Of a stretch of 64,000 bases of DNA, positions 10,708 to 21,342 are shown piece after piece. The stretch is from Candidatus Poribacteria bacterium. GTDB lineage: Bacteria > Poribacteria > WGA-4E > JAJDTR01. Both the position numbers and the translations under genes were made by a program. The stretch lies in assembly GCA_965222225.1 (NCBI GenBank), contig CBDCTK010000002.1, positions 3,936,001 to 4,000,000 of the forward strand, read 5' to 3'. The notes beneath the pieces are model-generated. The model was not told where the DNA came from, made no database searches, and was given only the letters and a program-made list of their open reading frames with translations. Position 1 is the stretch's first letter. Each line of letters opens with the position of its first letter.

Positions 10708-11076
10708 CCGCGCTGGGGCTTCCGATGTGTGACGAATCGGTGTTGCTATCACTTTGAGAATCTCATCTTCAATTTGATGATGGTCTATCTCCTAGATTCA
10801 GATGCGTTTTCCCTTGGGATACAGACAGGGCAATCACACCTGATTCAGGAGATTTCTTCGTCCGCGATGAACACGGTTGCCAAATCTCCACAATTCTTTG
10901 AATGGTGCGACGGCATAAAGTTTCCCATATAACCAAAACCGGCTGTCAATAACCCTCGCCACGTCACGCACACGAAAAGGGTTGAATCGATTACGGCCGT
11001 GTGTTATGCTCTTAGAGGTACGAGTTGCCTTTACCTACGGCTCAACTGCTTAATGGCGAGAGATTGGTGGAATTGT

Positions 11077-11775
11077 ATGGCACACAAGCTATCGGTTGTT
11101 ATTCCAATATACAATGAAATCGCGACCTTGGAGGAGATTCTTACGCAAGTCAAAGCCGTTGACATCGGTATGGAGAAAGAGATCCTTCTCGTGGATGATT
11201 GTTCAACGGACGGCACCCGCGAAATACTCAAAAAGATTGAGCAATCGGACGATGAGCAGGTGCGCGTGTTCTACCACGCCGTTAATCGAGGCAAGGGCGC
11301 TACGCTGAGGACCGGCTTTCAACACGTTACCGGAGATATTACCATCATCCAAGATGCGGATTTGGAGTATGATCCGCAGGACTACCCCAAATTGATTCAG
11401 CCGATTTTGGATGAAGAAGCCGATGCCGTATACGGTTCCCGTTTCATGGCGTCTGCGCAACACTCTCTGCTCCGCAGTTTTATCGCCAATAAAGTCTTGA
11501 CCTACCTCTCCAATCTGTTTACCCAACTCAATCTTACCGATATGGAGACCTGCTACAAAGTCATCAAAACCTCTATTTTGAAGGAAATCCCGTTGCGCTC
11601 GGACCGATTCGGATTTGAACCGGAAATCACGGCAAAACTCGCTCGGCGGAAATGCCGCGTCGTCGAACTGCCGATTGCCTATCATGGACGCGATTACCAA
11701 GAGGGTAAATCCGTCAGTTGGAAAGATGGGCTTGCCGCTATCTTTCATATTATTCGCTTTCGATTCAAGGATTGA
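11077..11775 (+). CDS. Glycosyltransferase family 2 (DPM1-like)
   Basis: LSVVIPIYNE, VDDCSTDGT, NRGKG, QDADLEYDP and TDMETCYK motifs. Confidence 0.92.
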   Translation: MAHKLSVVIPIYNEIATLEEILTQVKAVDIGMEKEILLVDDCSTDGTREILKKIEQSDDEQVRVFYHAVNRGKGATLRTGFQHVTGDITIIQDADLEYDPQDYPKLIQPILDEEADAVYGSRFMASAQHSLLRSFIANKVLTYLSNLFTQLNLTDMETCYKVIKTSILKEIPLRSDRFGFEPEITAKLARRKCRVVELPIAYHGRDYQEGKSVSWKDGLAAIFHIIRFRFKD

Positions 11776-11857
11776 TTCCAAGGACAAAGTCGTGAGGTAA
11801 TAACCCGGCAAGTTTAGAGAATAAACTTCACATCTTGAGGGCAACATGGAACGGAAT

Positions 11858-11899
11858 CTTCCACCTTCCGCTCTTCCACCCTTCCAATTCTATCCTTCC
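11858..11899 (+). repeat. CTTCC(A)-rich short tandem repeat; related tracts at 14040-14088 (reverse) and 40864-40913
   Basis: Repeated CTTCCA(N) units. Confidence 0.6.
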
Positions 11900-12000
11900 T
11901 CAACCGGTTTTTCTCGCGTTTGCCCCTGTTCTTGTATCGTTTTCCCAAAATCTCGGCTCAAACCTAACGACTGCCTTCAAGACTTGACGCTCCCCGCCCC

Positions 12001-13839
12001 ATGAGGAACTTTCAGGCGCTACTCCAAGAAATCGACCAGCTTCTTGAATCGCCCCCGAACACTCCCAAGCCATCTTCCACCCCGGAAGGCGACCAACCCG
12101 CGGACGCCGCAATCGAACAGGATGAACTGCTCGCCTCACTAACGCGACACTTCGGTCACACCGGCTTTCGAGCAACTCAACGGGAGATTATTGAAGCCAT
12201 TCTAAAGGGGGACAATGTACTCGCCGCTTTCCCGACCGGATATGGAAAATCCCTTTGCTATCAATTGCCCGCACTGATGTTGCCGGGGTTGACCGTCGTC
12301 GTGTCGCCCCTGATTTCATTGATGAAAGACCAAGTTGACGGATTAAAGCAGCGCGGCGTTCACGACGCGGCGCTGATAAATAGCAGCCTCAGGTTGGATG
12401 AATACCAGTGGGAATTTGGACGCCTGACGCGAGGGGAAGTCAAGCTGTTGTACATTGCACCGGAACGTCTTCGCAGCCGCCGCTTTCTGGATCTGCTGGA
12501 GTCGCTTTCAATCTCTCTATTCGTAATCGACGAAGCGCACTGTATCTCGCAGTGGGGACACGATTTTCGGCCCGCGTACTTGGGGCTGCGTGATGCGATT
12601 CAGGCGCTTCATCCGCGCACAGTCGCGCTGTTTACCGCTACGGCTACTCCCGAAGTTCGAGAGGATATTTTCAACGCATTGGGAATCGATGGTGAGACGT
12701 GCCGAAAGTTCTCGCGCAGCGTTCAACGCCCCAACCTAAAATTCAGTGTGTATGAGGCCGCCGACGATGCCAAAAAGTACGAATACCTTGAAACCTGCCT
12801 TCGACAGCTTGAAGGCAACGGAATCATTTATGCCGGTAGGCGCGGCGAGACCGAGAAAATCGCACGTCATCTGAGAACGCGAGGATATCAGGCTGATTTT
12901 TATCATGCCGGTCTGTCGACGACCGAGCGCAAGCAGGTGCAGGACCGGTTCTTCAACGACGGACAAGGCGGGGTGGACCTTGTTGTCGCGACAAACGCGT
13001 TTGGCATGGGAATCGACAAACCCAACATCCGCTATGTTATTCATTGGACAATGACGGGCGCTTTGGAGGCATATTATCAAGAAGCCGGACGCGCCGGGCG
13101 GGATGAGAAACCCTCTCACTGCGTGTTGCTGTACTGCCCCGACGACCGAGAACTCCATGAATGGTTCGTCAATCAGGAAAACGTCCTGAATAAGCCCGAT
13201 CTCGCGAAACTCCTCGAAATACTTGAAACGCTTCCCTCCGTGGAACACTTTCGCATGGGGACGGCGGAGGAACTGGGATGGTTGAGCGGTTTCAAGGAGG
13301 CGAAAATCCGAGTCGGAATCAGCTATCTCGAAAAACTCGGGTTTCTCAGGTGGCGGTACAATGTTCCCTCAAGCCTCAATGTACGCCTATCCTCGTCAAA
13401 TATCCGCACCGCAAATCTCGTCAACGAGCCGCAACGGGCAATTTTGCAGCAGTTGAAACGGAAATCTCCCATCCATTTTCTCGAGTTTTGTCGGGAATTC
13501 AGCTTGCTTCCGCACCCCCTCATGGAACAACTCATCGATTTTCAGAACGACGGATACCTGAGGTACTGGGGAGCGGAGGATTTACTGCTCATTGAGTTGT
13601 TTAAAGACAGCGATTTGCTGGCGGCAACCTCTGCGGACGAGCTAGGTTTTGCGGATTACCAAGAGCGCAGATACCGGCAGATTGATCAGGTTGAACGGTA
13701 CGCACGGGAAAAGAATTGTCGGGGGCGGTTGGTGCGCGAATATTTCGGCGAGCCGGTTGAGGTGGACTATCGTTGCGGCAGTTGCGACATGTGCGATTCG
13801 AGTATTCGTCTTGTGGAAAGCGAACCGCCGCAGCCGTGA
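12001..13839 (+). CDS. recQ: RecQ-family ATP-dependent DNA helicase
   Basis: PTGYGKSLCYQLP, DEAHCISQWGHDFRP, YYQEAGRAGRD and a C-terminal Zn-binding CR...CGSCDMC. Confidence 0.9.
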   Translation: MRNFQALLQEIDQLLESPPNTPKPSSTPEGDQPADAAIEQDELLASLTRHFGHTGFRATQREIIEAILKGDNVLAAFPTGYGKSLCYQLPALMLPGLTVVVSPLISLMKDQVDGLKQRGVHDAALINSSLRLDEYQWEFGRLTRGEVKLLYIAPERLRSRRFLDLLESLSISLFVIDEAHCISQWGHDFRPAYLGLRDAIQALHPRTVALFTATATPEVREDIFNALGIDGETCRKFSRSVQRPNLKFSVYEAADDAKKYEYLETCLRQLEGNGIIYAGRRGETEKIARHLRTRGYQADFYHAGLSTTERKQVQDRFFNDGQGGVDLVVATNAFGMGIDKPNIRYVIHWTMTGALEAYYQEAGRAGRDEKPSHCVLLYCPDDRELHEWFVNQENVLNKPDLAKLLEILETLPSVEHFRMGTAEELGWLSGFKEAKIRVGISYLEKLGFLRWRYNVPSSLNVRLSSSNIRTANLVNEPQRAILQQLKRKSPIHFLEFCREFSLLPHPLMEQLIDFQNDGYLRYWGAEDLLLIELFKDSDLLAATSADELGFADYQERRYRQIDQVERYAREKNCRGRLVREYFGEPVEVDYRCGSCDMCDSSIRLVESEPPQP

Positions 13840-14147
13840 ACTGGCACCAAATCTATTGGGACTTTTACAAATCTTTACATATTTTGGCGTTTTCACGATC
13901 CACGTGTCCCGTTTTCACCCTATTTACACGCCCAATCCGGGGCGAGGTTGAGGCGGCGCCCTCACACCCCAAAACTCCATTCGATTCCGCGGTCAGGGGA
14001 AACGCATCTGATTTTTGGTTGTTGATGGTGAGTGAAGAGTTGGAATGGAGTAATGAGCGGAAGGATGGAAGATGGGAAGGATGGGATGGTGATTTTGAAT
14101 AGAATTCGTACCGCAAACTGTTAGTTTGCGGAAAGCACAATCTAACA

Positions 14148-14265
14148 GATCAAGCGAATGGCTAATGAGTGCGATAGTAAATCCTGATAGCAAGTCTTGA
14201 TAGCGATCCCATAGAAATCTTCTCCCGATCGCGACCTCCTGTCACGAGCAAACTCGTTCCTACAG
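14148..14265 (+). repeat. Mini-element cluster fused to half of a GTAG-type REP
   Basis: Complete copy 14148-14185 plus three orphan closers, then CCCGATCGCGACC...CCTACAG. Confidence 0.85.
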
Positions 14266-14525
14266 TAGGTTTGTCGTAACTGTCATCAAATCGCCCACCC
14301 CCATCCTTTTCATTTCGCGTCCAACTAGTCGTTCACTTGCGCGTAGACCGCAATATGTGTAAATGTGAATGCAAATGACTATAGATGCGTTCCTCCCGAT
14401 TCCCCTACCCTCAACGGTTGACACCATTGAAGAGCTGTGTTATTTTAGGAGACATGATTCGCAAACAATCCGAGCCATAGAAATCCGCGTCCGTAAGTGG
14501 CGACAATCCGGCGACGAATGAGAAC

Positions 14526-16076
14526 ATGAAAAACGAGGCTAAATCCCAAGAGCAACCCATTGATGAATTGCAGCGGCGCGTGGCGGAACTAGGGCAGGAC
14601 AAAGTCCAGTACCAGCGGCTAATGGCGCAGGTATTAGACGAATACGAGGAGTCGGTGACGGAGTATTTCGACATCTACTTCCACGCCCACGATATGGTTG
14701 TCTCTGTCGATACGGAGACGGAAAAAGTCCTCCAGTGCAATAGGGCCGTGATGGAAACATTGGATTACAGCAGAGCGGAGATTGTTGGAAATTCCATCTT
14801 TAAGTTGTATCATCAAGATTGTATCGAAGATGCAAAGGAACTGCTTCGTGTTATCACGGAGATCGGTGAAATACACGACGCCGAACAGACGTTGCGGAAA
14901 AGAGATGGGGGGAAAATCGATGTGAGTTTGAATGCCACAACCGTCCGCAACGAGAGTGGCAACCTAACTTCAGCGCAATTTGATTGGCGCGACATCACCC
15001 GCCGTGCGGTGGAAATCGGCGACTTGCGCTCCGAAAATCGCCAACTGAAGGAGCGTCTGAGTTCCGACAGACCCGAACGCCCCGAAGTGTTTTCCGACAT
15101 TGTCACCCAAGACCCGGCGATGTACTCAATTTTCCGACAAGTAGAATCCGTCGCAGTCACCGGGCAGTCCGTATTGATAACGGGGGAAACGGGCGTCGGC
15201 AAGGAGACAATTGCGGAGATAATCCACCAACTGAGCGGGCGATCGGGGGCGTTTATTCCGGTCACTATTGCGGGGTTTGACGACCACCTGTTTTCGGACA
15301 CGCTCTTTGGCCACAAAAAAGGGGCATTCACCGATGCGGATTCAATTCGCATGGGTTTGATTGAACAAGCGTCGGGCGGCACGCTATTCCTTGATGAGAT
15401 TGGCAACCTCGCCATGCAATCGCAAACTAAGCTCCTACGCTTTTTACAGGATGGAGAATACCGTCATCTGGGTGAAGACGCTCCCACTCAAAGCGACGTT
15501 AGGATTGTTGTGGCGACAAATCGGACAATTGAATCCCTGAAGGCGGATGAAAGATTCCGCGACGACCTCTACTTTCGCCTCCGAACCCATCATGTGAACC
15601 TGCCGCCGCTGTACGAGCGAAAGGGGGAGATTCCCATACTCGTATCGCATTTCTTCAAACGAGCCGCGGAGGCGCTTGGAAAGAAAATACCCGTCCCTCC
15701 ACCCGAACTCTTTACGTTGCTTGCAACCTACCACTTCCCCGGAAACATCAGAGAGCTTGAGGGGATGGTGCGTGATGCCGTTGGCAGACACAAAGGCGGC
15801 GTTCTCTCCACCGAATCTTCCCGGGAAGAGATTGACGAGCAAACTTTCGTTTCTCACGCGAACACCGTGACGGGAGTGGGGGAGGTTGGATTTGCCGAGG
15901 CATTGGCTAGCGCGCAAAAGTTGCCCCCGTTGAAAGAGATAGAGCCGCTGGTGATTGCCGAGGCCCTCAAGCGCGCCGATGGAAATCAGACTATCGCGGC
16001 TAGAATCTTGGGTATTTCAAGACAAGCGTTGCACAATCGGTTAAGCCGCCACCGAAAATTAACCTACGAAACCTGA
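14526..16076 (+). CDS. PAS-domain sigma-54-dependent transcriptional activator (Fis-type HTH)
   Basis: PAS, GETGVGKE, GAFTDA, LFLDEIG, FPGNIREL and a C-terminal HTH. Confidence 0.93.
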   Translation: MKNEAKSQEQPIDELQRRVAELGQDKVQYQRLMAQVLDEYEESVTEYFDIYFHAHDMVVSVDTETEKVLQCNRAVMETLDYSRAEIVGNSIFKLYHQDCIEDAKELLRVITEIGEIHDAEQTLRKRDGGKIDVSLNATTVRNESGNLTSAQFDWRDITRRAVEIGDLRSENRQLKERLSSDRPERPEVFSDIVTQDPAMYSIFRQVESVAVTGQSVLITGETGVGKETIAEIIHQLSGRSGAFIPVTIAGFDDHLFSDTLFGHKKGAFTDADSIRMGLIEQASGGTLFLDEIGNLAMQSQTKLLRFLQDGEYRHLGEDAPTQSDVRIVVATNRTIESLKADERFRDDLYFRLRTHHVNLPPLYERKGEIPILVSHFFKRAAEALGKKIPVPPPELFTLLATYHFPGNIRELEGMVRDAVGRHKGGVLSTESSREEIDEQTFVSHANTVTGVGEVGFAEALASAQKLPPLKEIEPLVIAEALKRADGNQTIAARILGISRQALHNRLSRHRKLTYET

Positions 16077-16174
16077 AAAGTCGTTCAATTCTTTGCTTTC
16101 GCTTTCCAAGCCGTACAATCCCGCTTCGTACACCCGCCTCCTATCCCTAAAAAGGCGTGACACATTTTGAATTT

Positions 16175-16193
16175 TGTAAAGATTGTGTTTACA
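16175..16193. promoter_or_regulatory. Palindrome TGTAAA-N7-TTTACA, candidate enhancer (UAS)
   Basis: Perfect 6-bp arms about 200 bp upstream of a -24/-12 motif. Confidence 0.5.
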
Positions 16194-16386
16194 TCGCGAC
16201 AACTCTTGCGTGGTAAGGCTTCACGTTGCTTTCGAGCCGATTTTTGCGAATTGTGTACACAAAACGTTTCACACCTTTCAATCTCGCCACGGAATGCCAC
16301 CTTTCTCAACTAAAAAGCCCCTAAACTCCCACCGTACCTTGCTCCAGTGCCTCCATCAACGCCAAATTGATGTTTGTTTTCGGTTT

Positions 16387-16402
16387 TGGCATAGGGTTTG
16401 CT
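16387..16402 (+). promoter_or_regulatory. Sigma-54 -24/-12 promoter
   Basis: TGGCAT-AGGGT-TTGCT with exact GG-N10-GC spacing. Confidence 0.7.
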
Positions 16403-16451
16403 CTAGTAATCAACGAAACTTGAGTCGATAGCCATTTCACAATAAGCGACC

Positions 16452-16547
16452 GATCAACTGAATGGACAGTGGAGGATCAAGCGAATGGCTAATGAGTGCA
16501 ATTGTAAATCCTGATAGAAAGTCTTGATAGAACTCCCATAGAATCCC
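16452..16547 (+). repeat. Nested mini-element cluster
   Basis: Openers at 16452 and 16475; closers similar to the 14148 cluster. Confidence 0.85.
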
Positions 16548-16641
16548 TTGTGCTACAAAGGTGGCAACTTAGCTCAATTATTTCCGCCAACGTGTACTAG
16601 TTACTTTACTTCTCATTTTATCCACAACCAAGGAGGGCAAA

Positions 16642-17577
16642 ATGCGATTCAAACTGACACCGAGATTTCTACTGTTTGCGGTGCTGTGCGTCAGTCTGAC
16701 GAGCGGGGAGCTGTGGTTAAGAGAAGCACTCGCCGCGCAGCAGTCACGGATTGTTTTTACATCCTTGAGAGATGGCAACAATGAAATCTATGTAATGGAT
16801 GCCGATGGAGGAAACCAAGAAAACCTGACAAACAATCCAGCGAATGACTTCGATCCGGATTGGTCTCCTGACGGGACGAAGATTGCATCCTCCTCCGCTA
16901 GAGGCGGTGACCGACGTCAAATTTATGTGATGGACGCCGATGGGCAAAAGATTGCATTCACCGTCCACCCAGATTTTAAAGAAGAGTGGCTAGATCGTAT
17001 CGCCGTGGTGGATGCTGATGGAAATAATCGTGGGAGGCATGAAGACCACGCGATGGATCCATCATGGTCTCCAGATCGGGGTGCGATTGCATTCGTATCT
17101 TGGAGAGATGTGGGCAATAGAGCTGGGGGTAATGAAATTTACGTGATAGGCGCTGACAGACAGGGGCTTAAAAGGGTGACGCACGATTTAGTGGGTCAAC
17201 ATAGCCCATCGTTTTCTCCCGACGGGGGACGGATTGCATACTATGCCTCGCACGAAGGATTCAATCACATCTATGTGGTGGGGGCGGATGGTAGAAATCG
17301 CAAGAGGCTTACGCACAATCAAAAGCATCATTCGCACCCCGCATGGTCTCCCGATGGAGGGGCGATTGCATATATGATCTCTAACGATATTTTTTTCGGC
17401 GGAGCAACGATTCACTTGATGACCGCCGATGGAAAATATCTTACGCAACTTGGCGATGTCCATGATGGGGAGGATTTTCAGCCCGACTTTAGCCCGGTAG
17501 GACTAGCTGTGTCCCCGACTTCCAAAACCGCCGCAACTTGGGGCAGGCTTAAGAAAAGTGCGTCGAACGTCCGATAG
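16642..17577 (+). CDS. TolB-like PD40 beta-propeller protein with C-terminal WGxLK motif
   Basis: Signal peptide, repeated PxWSPDG and IYVMDADG; one repeat deleted relative to paralogs. Confidence 0.88.
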   Translation: MRFKLTPRFLLFAVLCVSLTSGELWLREALAAQQSRIVFTSLRDGNNEIYVMDADGGNQENLTNNPANDFDPDWSPDGTKIASSSARGGDRRQIYVMDADGQKIAFTVHPDFKEEWLDRIAVVDADGNNRGRHEDHAMDPSWSPDRGAIAFVSWRDVGNRAGGNEIYVIGADRQGLKRVTHDLVGQHSPSFSPDGGRIAYYASHEGFNHIYVVGADGRNRKRLTHNQKHHSHPAWSPDGGAIAYMISNDIFFGGATIHLMTADGKYLTQLGDVHDGEDFQPDFSPVGLAVSPTSKTAATWGRLKKSASNVR

Positions 17578-17835
17578 TATGCAGGATAGCCTTTTGAACT
17601 ACGAATCCTGATAATGGGGCAATGCGAAGGGGCGGGTCATTGAAAACCTCGCCAGCGTCGAGAGTGTCACTTAATGGTTGGGATAGTGGAATACATCTGC
17701 CAACCCTATTTGTCTTAGACCTCGCTACTAAGGGGATTTTCCCCTGTATGAACGAGTACCCGGTCTTACAAGTCATTGCGCAGGATTTAGAGAATGTTCT
17801 ACAAATGAAGAACCCAAAAAAGGAGAATATGACCG

Positions 17836-18675
17836 GTGAATAAAATCAGCGCATTTTTGAGAAGATGCCTATTTCTACTGCTATTGGCGTTAATGGTTAC
17901 GTCACACGGCACAGCGCAGAGGTTCGAACCTAGAATCGTCTTTGCATCAAACCACGATGGCAACTGGAATGGCAACTGGGACATCTATTCTATGGACGTA
18001 CACGGCAACAATCTTGTCCAACTCGCCAACCACCCGGCATCTGATAATAATCCTGCCGGCTCGCCGAACGGGCGAAGGATAGCGTTCGCATCGCGACGTG
18101 GCCTTACGCCTGACCTGTATGTGATGGACAGCGACGGCAATAACGTGGTAAGACTCACCCAGGACAATTTTGATGAAGGCCGCTCTAGTTGGTCGCCGGA
18201 TGGCACGAAGATTGCCTTTACATCATTCTGTAAACTCAACTGCGACATCTTCACTGTGGACGCCAATGGAGCCAATCGGACAAGGTTGACAGAACACGAG
18301 ATGAAGGATGTCAAGCCGAGTTGGTCGCCAGATGGACGCAAGATTGCTTTCCAGTCGCAGCGCGTCTTCGAGGGTCATGACATTTACGTGATCACTGATG
18401 AAGGGAAAAATTTAAAGCAACTTACGGTAGAGGGTACTAACAGGATGCCGGCCTATTCGCCGGATGGTACAAAAATCGCCTTTGCGTCAAGCCGTGACGG
18501 AGATTTTAATATTTACTTGATGGACACCAACGGGATGAACGTTGTCAAACTCACGGCAAGCCCTCCCGGTACCGAGAACATATCTCCTTCCTGGTTGCCT
18601 AGCCCATTGGCAGTCAACCCAAACGGAAAGTTGCCGACATCTTGGGGAGTTCTCAAACTGACCGACAACCAATGA
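17836..18675 (+). CDS. TolB-like PD40 beta-propeller protein
   Basis: WSPDG repeats; ends LAVNPNGKLPTSWGVLK. Confidence 0.88.
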   Translation: MNKISAFLRRCLFLLLLALMVTSHGTAQRFEPRIVFASNHDGNWNGNWDIYSMDVHGNNLVQLANHPASDNNPAGSPNGRRIAFASRRGLTPDLYVMDSDGNNVVRLTQDNFDEGRSSWSPDGTKIAFTSFCKLNCDIFTVDANGANRTRLTEHEMKDVKPSWSPDGRKIAFQSQRVFEGHDIYVITDEGKNLKQLTVEGTNRMPAYSPDGTKIAFASSRDGDFNIYLMDTNGMNVVKLTASPPGTENISPSWLPSPLAVNPNGKLPTSWGVLKLTDNQ

Positions 18676-18837
18676 CGATGTCAATGAAATCGACGCGTTC
18701 ACCACAATTCAAACCGTGGAATGTATGCCCGAGAACCGAATTGTTTTGTACCAGAACCAGTAATTATTTGTACACTGCGGTAGGTTCGGTATCCTAACCG
18801 AACCTGTATTTATCCAGTCTCATAGGTGCGGTTGAAA

Positions 18838-18955
18838 AGAGATTTCTATCAGGATCTGCTATCGGGATTAGCTATCGCGGTCGCTATCCGCTCCCTTGAT
18901 CTCCTTATACAGTCGCTTGATCACAGTAGATCGCTCGTTGTCCACTCGTTTGATC
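18838..18955 (-). repeat. Nested mini-element cluster (reverse) inside a TGTAGGAGC REP
   Basis: Complete copy 18864-18901 plus two interrupted copies. Confidence 0.85.
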
Positions 18956-19178
18956 GCTCCTACAAAAGATCTTCCGTAATAGCTTGCAATCACTAGATTG
19001 ACAAAAAGTATGTGTGAATATGATTCCAAAAGATGATTGACGAAGGGGTAGGTCATTGAAAACTTCACCGCGCTAAAGCCGTCACTATGTCGTCGGGAGC
19101 GCGATCTAACGGTATTCGTGCACCCGCTCAAAGCGACGTACTTTGCCGCTCATTTTACGTTCAACTTAGGAGGAGAAA

Positions 19179-20171
19179 ATGCGATTCAAGCTGATACCTA
19201 GATTTCTGCTAATGGCGGGGCTATGCGTCTGGCTGGCGAGCGGGGAACTGTGGTTAAGACATGGACTCGCCGCACAGAAGTCGCGGATTGTTTTTGCAAC
19301 CGTGAGATTCGACAACTATGAAATCTATGTAATGGACGCCGATGGAGGAAACCAAGAAAACTTGACAAACCATCCTGTGGACGACATGGATCCGGATTGG
19401 TCGCCTGACGGGACGAAGATTGCATTCGTTTCCAACCGAAACGACGGCGTATATCAGGTCTACGTAATGGACGCCGATGGAACGAACCAGATTAGACTGA
19501 CATATGGACCACGGCGGAAGTCCCATCCAGACTGGTCTCCCGATGGGCAAAAGATTGCATTCACCGTCTACCCAGATCACATCGAAGATGAAGAGCGGGT
19601 ACCTCATATCGCCGTGATGGATTCTAATGGAAATAATCGTAAGAGGCATGAAGACCAGGCGAGTGAACCATCATGGTCTCCGGATGGACATCAGATTGCA
19701 TTCGTGTCGTGGAGGGATGATAACAATGGAATTTACATGATAGGCGCTGACGGACAGGGGCTTAAACAGGTCACTCCCGATTTATTGGGTGGACACAACC
19801 CATCGTTTGCCCCCGACGGAGGACGAATTGCACACTATGAGTAGCACGACGGATTCAGGCACATCTATGTGGTGGACACTGATGGTAAGAATCTCAAGAG
19901 GCTTACGCGCAATCAAGGGCATCATTCGCATCCCACGTGGTCTCCCGATGGACAGATGATTGCATATGTGGTCTATAAAGATCTTTGGTTCAAAGACGCA
20001 AAGATTCACTTGATGACCGCAGACGGAAAATATCTGAAGCAACTTAGCGATGTTCATGATGGGTTCGATTACCAGCCCGACTTTAGCCCGCTAGGACTAG
20101 CTGTGTCCCCCACTTCCAACACAGCCACACTTTGGGGTAGGGTGAAGACACTCACGCCCAACCACCGATAA
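19179..20171 (+). pseudogene. TolB-like PD40 protein with an in-frame TAG
   Basis: IAHYE*HDGFRHIYVV, stop at 19842-19844; the frame continues to TLWGRVK. Confidence 0.82.
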
Positions 20172-20356
20172 GCTGCGTGGCGACCACATGAACTACGAAT
20201 CTTGGTGATGGGGCAATACGACAAGGTGGGTCATCGAACACCTTACTAGCGCGAGGTCGTCATGAAATGGTTGGGAGTGCGTCCAAACAGTACCCGCGTA
20301 CCCGCTCAATGCGAGTTACTTTACTTCTCATTTTATCTACAACTAAGGAGGAAAAA

Positions 20357-21342
20357 ATGCAGTTCAGGCGCACACTTGTGTCGTTTATCGGGTTAACCGT
20401 GATGCTGTTAAGTGGGGAACTGTGGTTAAGACATGGACTCGCCACACAGAAGTCGCGGATAGTTTTTGCAACCGTGAGATTCGACAACTATGAAATCTAT
20501 GTAATGGACGCCGATGGAAAAAACCAAGAAAACTTGACAAACCATCCTGTGGATGACAACGATCCGGATTGGTCGCCCGACGGGACGAAGATTGCATTCG
20601 TTTCCAATCGAAACTTCGGCGTTGACCAAATCTATGTGATGGATGCCGATGGAAAAAACCAGATTAGACTGACGTATGGACCTCGGCGGAAGCAAGATCC
20701 AGATTGGTCTCCCGATGGGCAAAAGATTGCGTTCACCGTCCATGCAGATTGGAAAGACGATTGGTTTCCTCATATCGCCGTTATGGATGCTGGCGGACAG
20801 AATCGTGAGAGTTTTGAAAACCACGCGATGCAGCCGTCATGGTCTCCCGATGGGCAAAAGATTGCCTTCGTATCTTGGAGAGATGAGAACAATGAAATTT
20901 ACATGATAGGCGCTGACGGACAGGGGCTTGAAAGGGTGACGCACGATTTCCCGAGCCAACAAAACCCATCGTTTTCTCCCGATGGACGACGGATAGCATA
21001 CGATACGGAGCACGAAGGATTCGGTCACATCTTTGTGGTGGGGCGGATGGTGAAAATCCCATGAGACTTACGCACAATCAAGAGCATCATTTTCACCCCA
21101 CGTGGTCTCCTGATGGAAAGACGACTGCATATGCGAGCTCTAATAACAATAGAAATTTTTTCCTCGACGCAAAGATTCACTTGATGACCGCAGACGGAAA
21201 ACATCTTAAGCAACTTAGCGATGTTCATGATGGGTTCGATTTTCAAGCCGACTTTAGCCCGGTAGGACTAGCTGTGTCCCCCACTTCCAACAAAACCACA
21301 ACCTGGGGTAGGCTGAAGAAACTCGAGCTCAACCACCGTTAG
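20357..21342 (+). pseudogene. TolB-like PD40 protein with a 1-nt frameshift
   Basis: G-run at 21040-21043 is one G shorter than in the paralog; ends TTWGRLKK. Confidence 0.82.

Noticed and set aside
17636-17650. CRISPR repeat end (ATTGAAA)
   Set aside because: Single copies more than 1 kb apart and tied to duplicated genes; no spacers.
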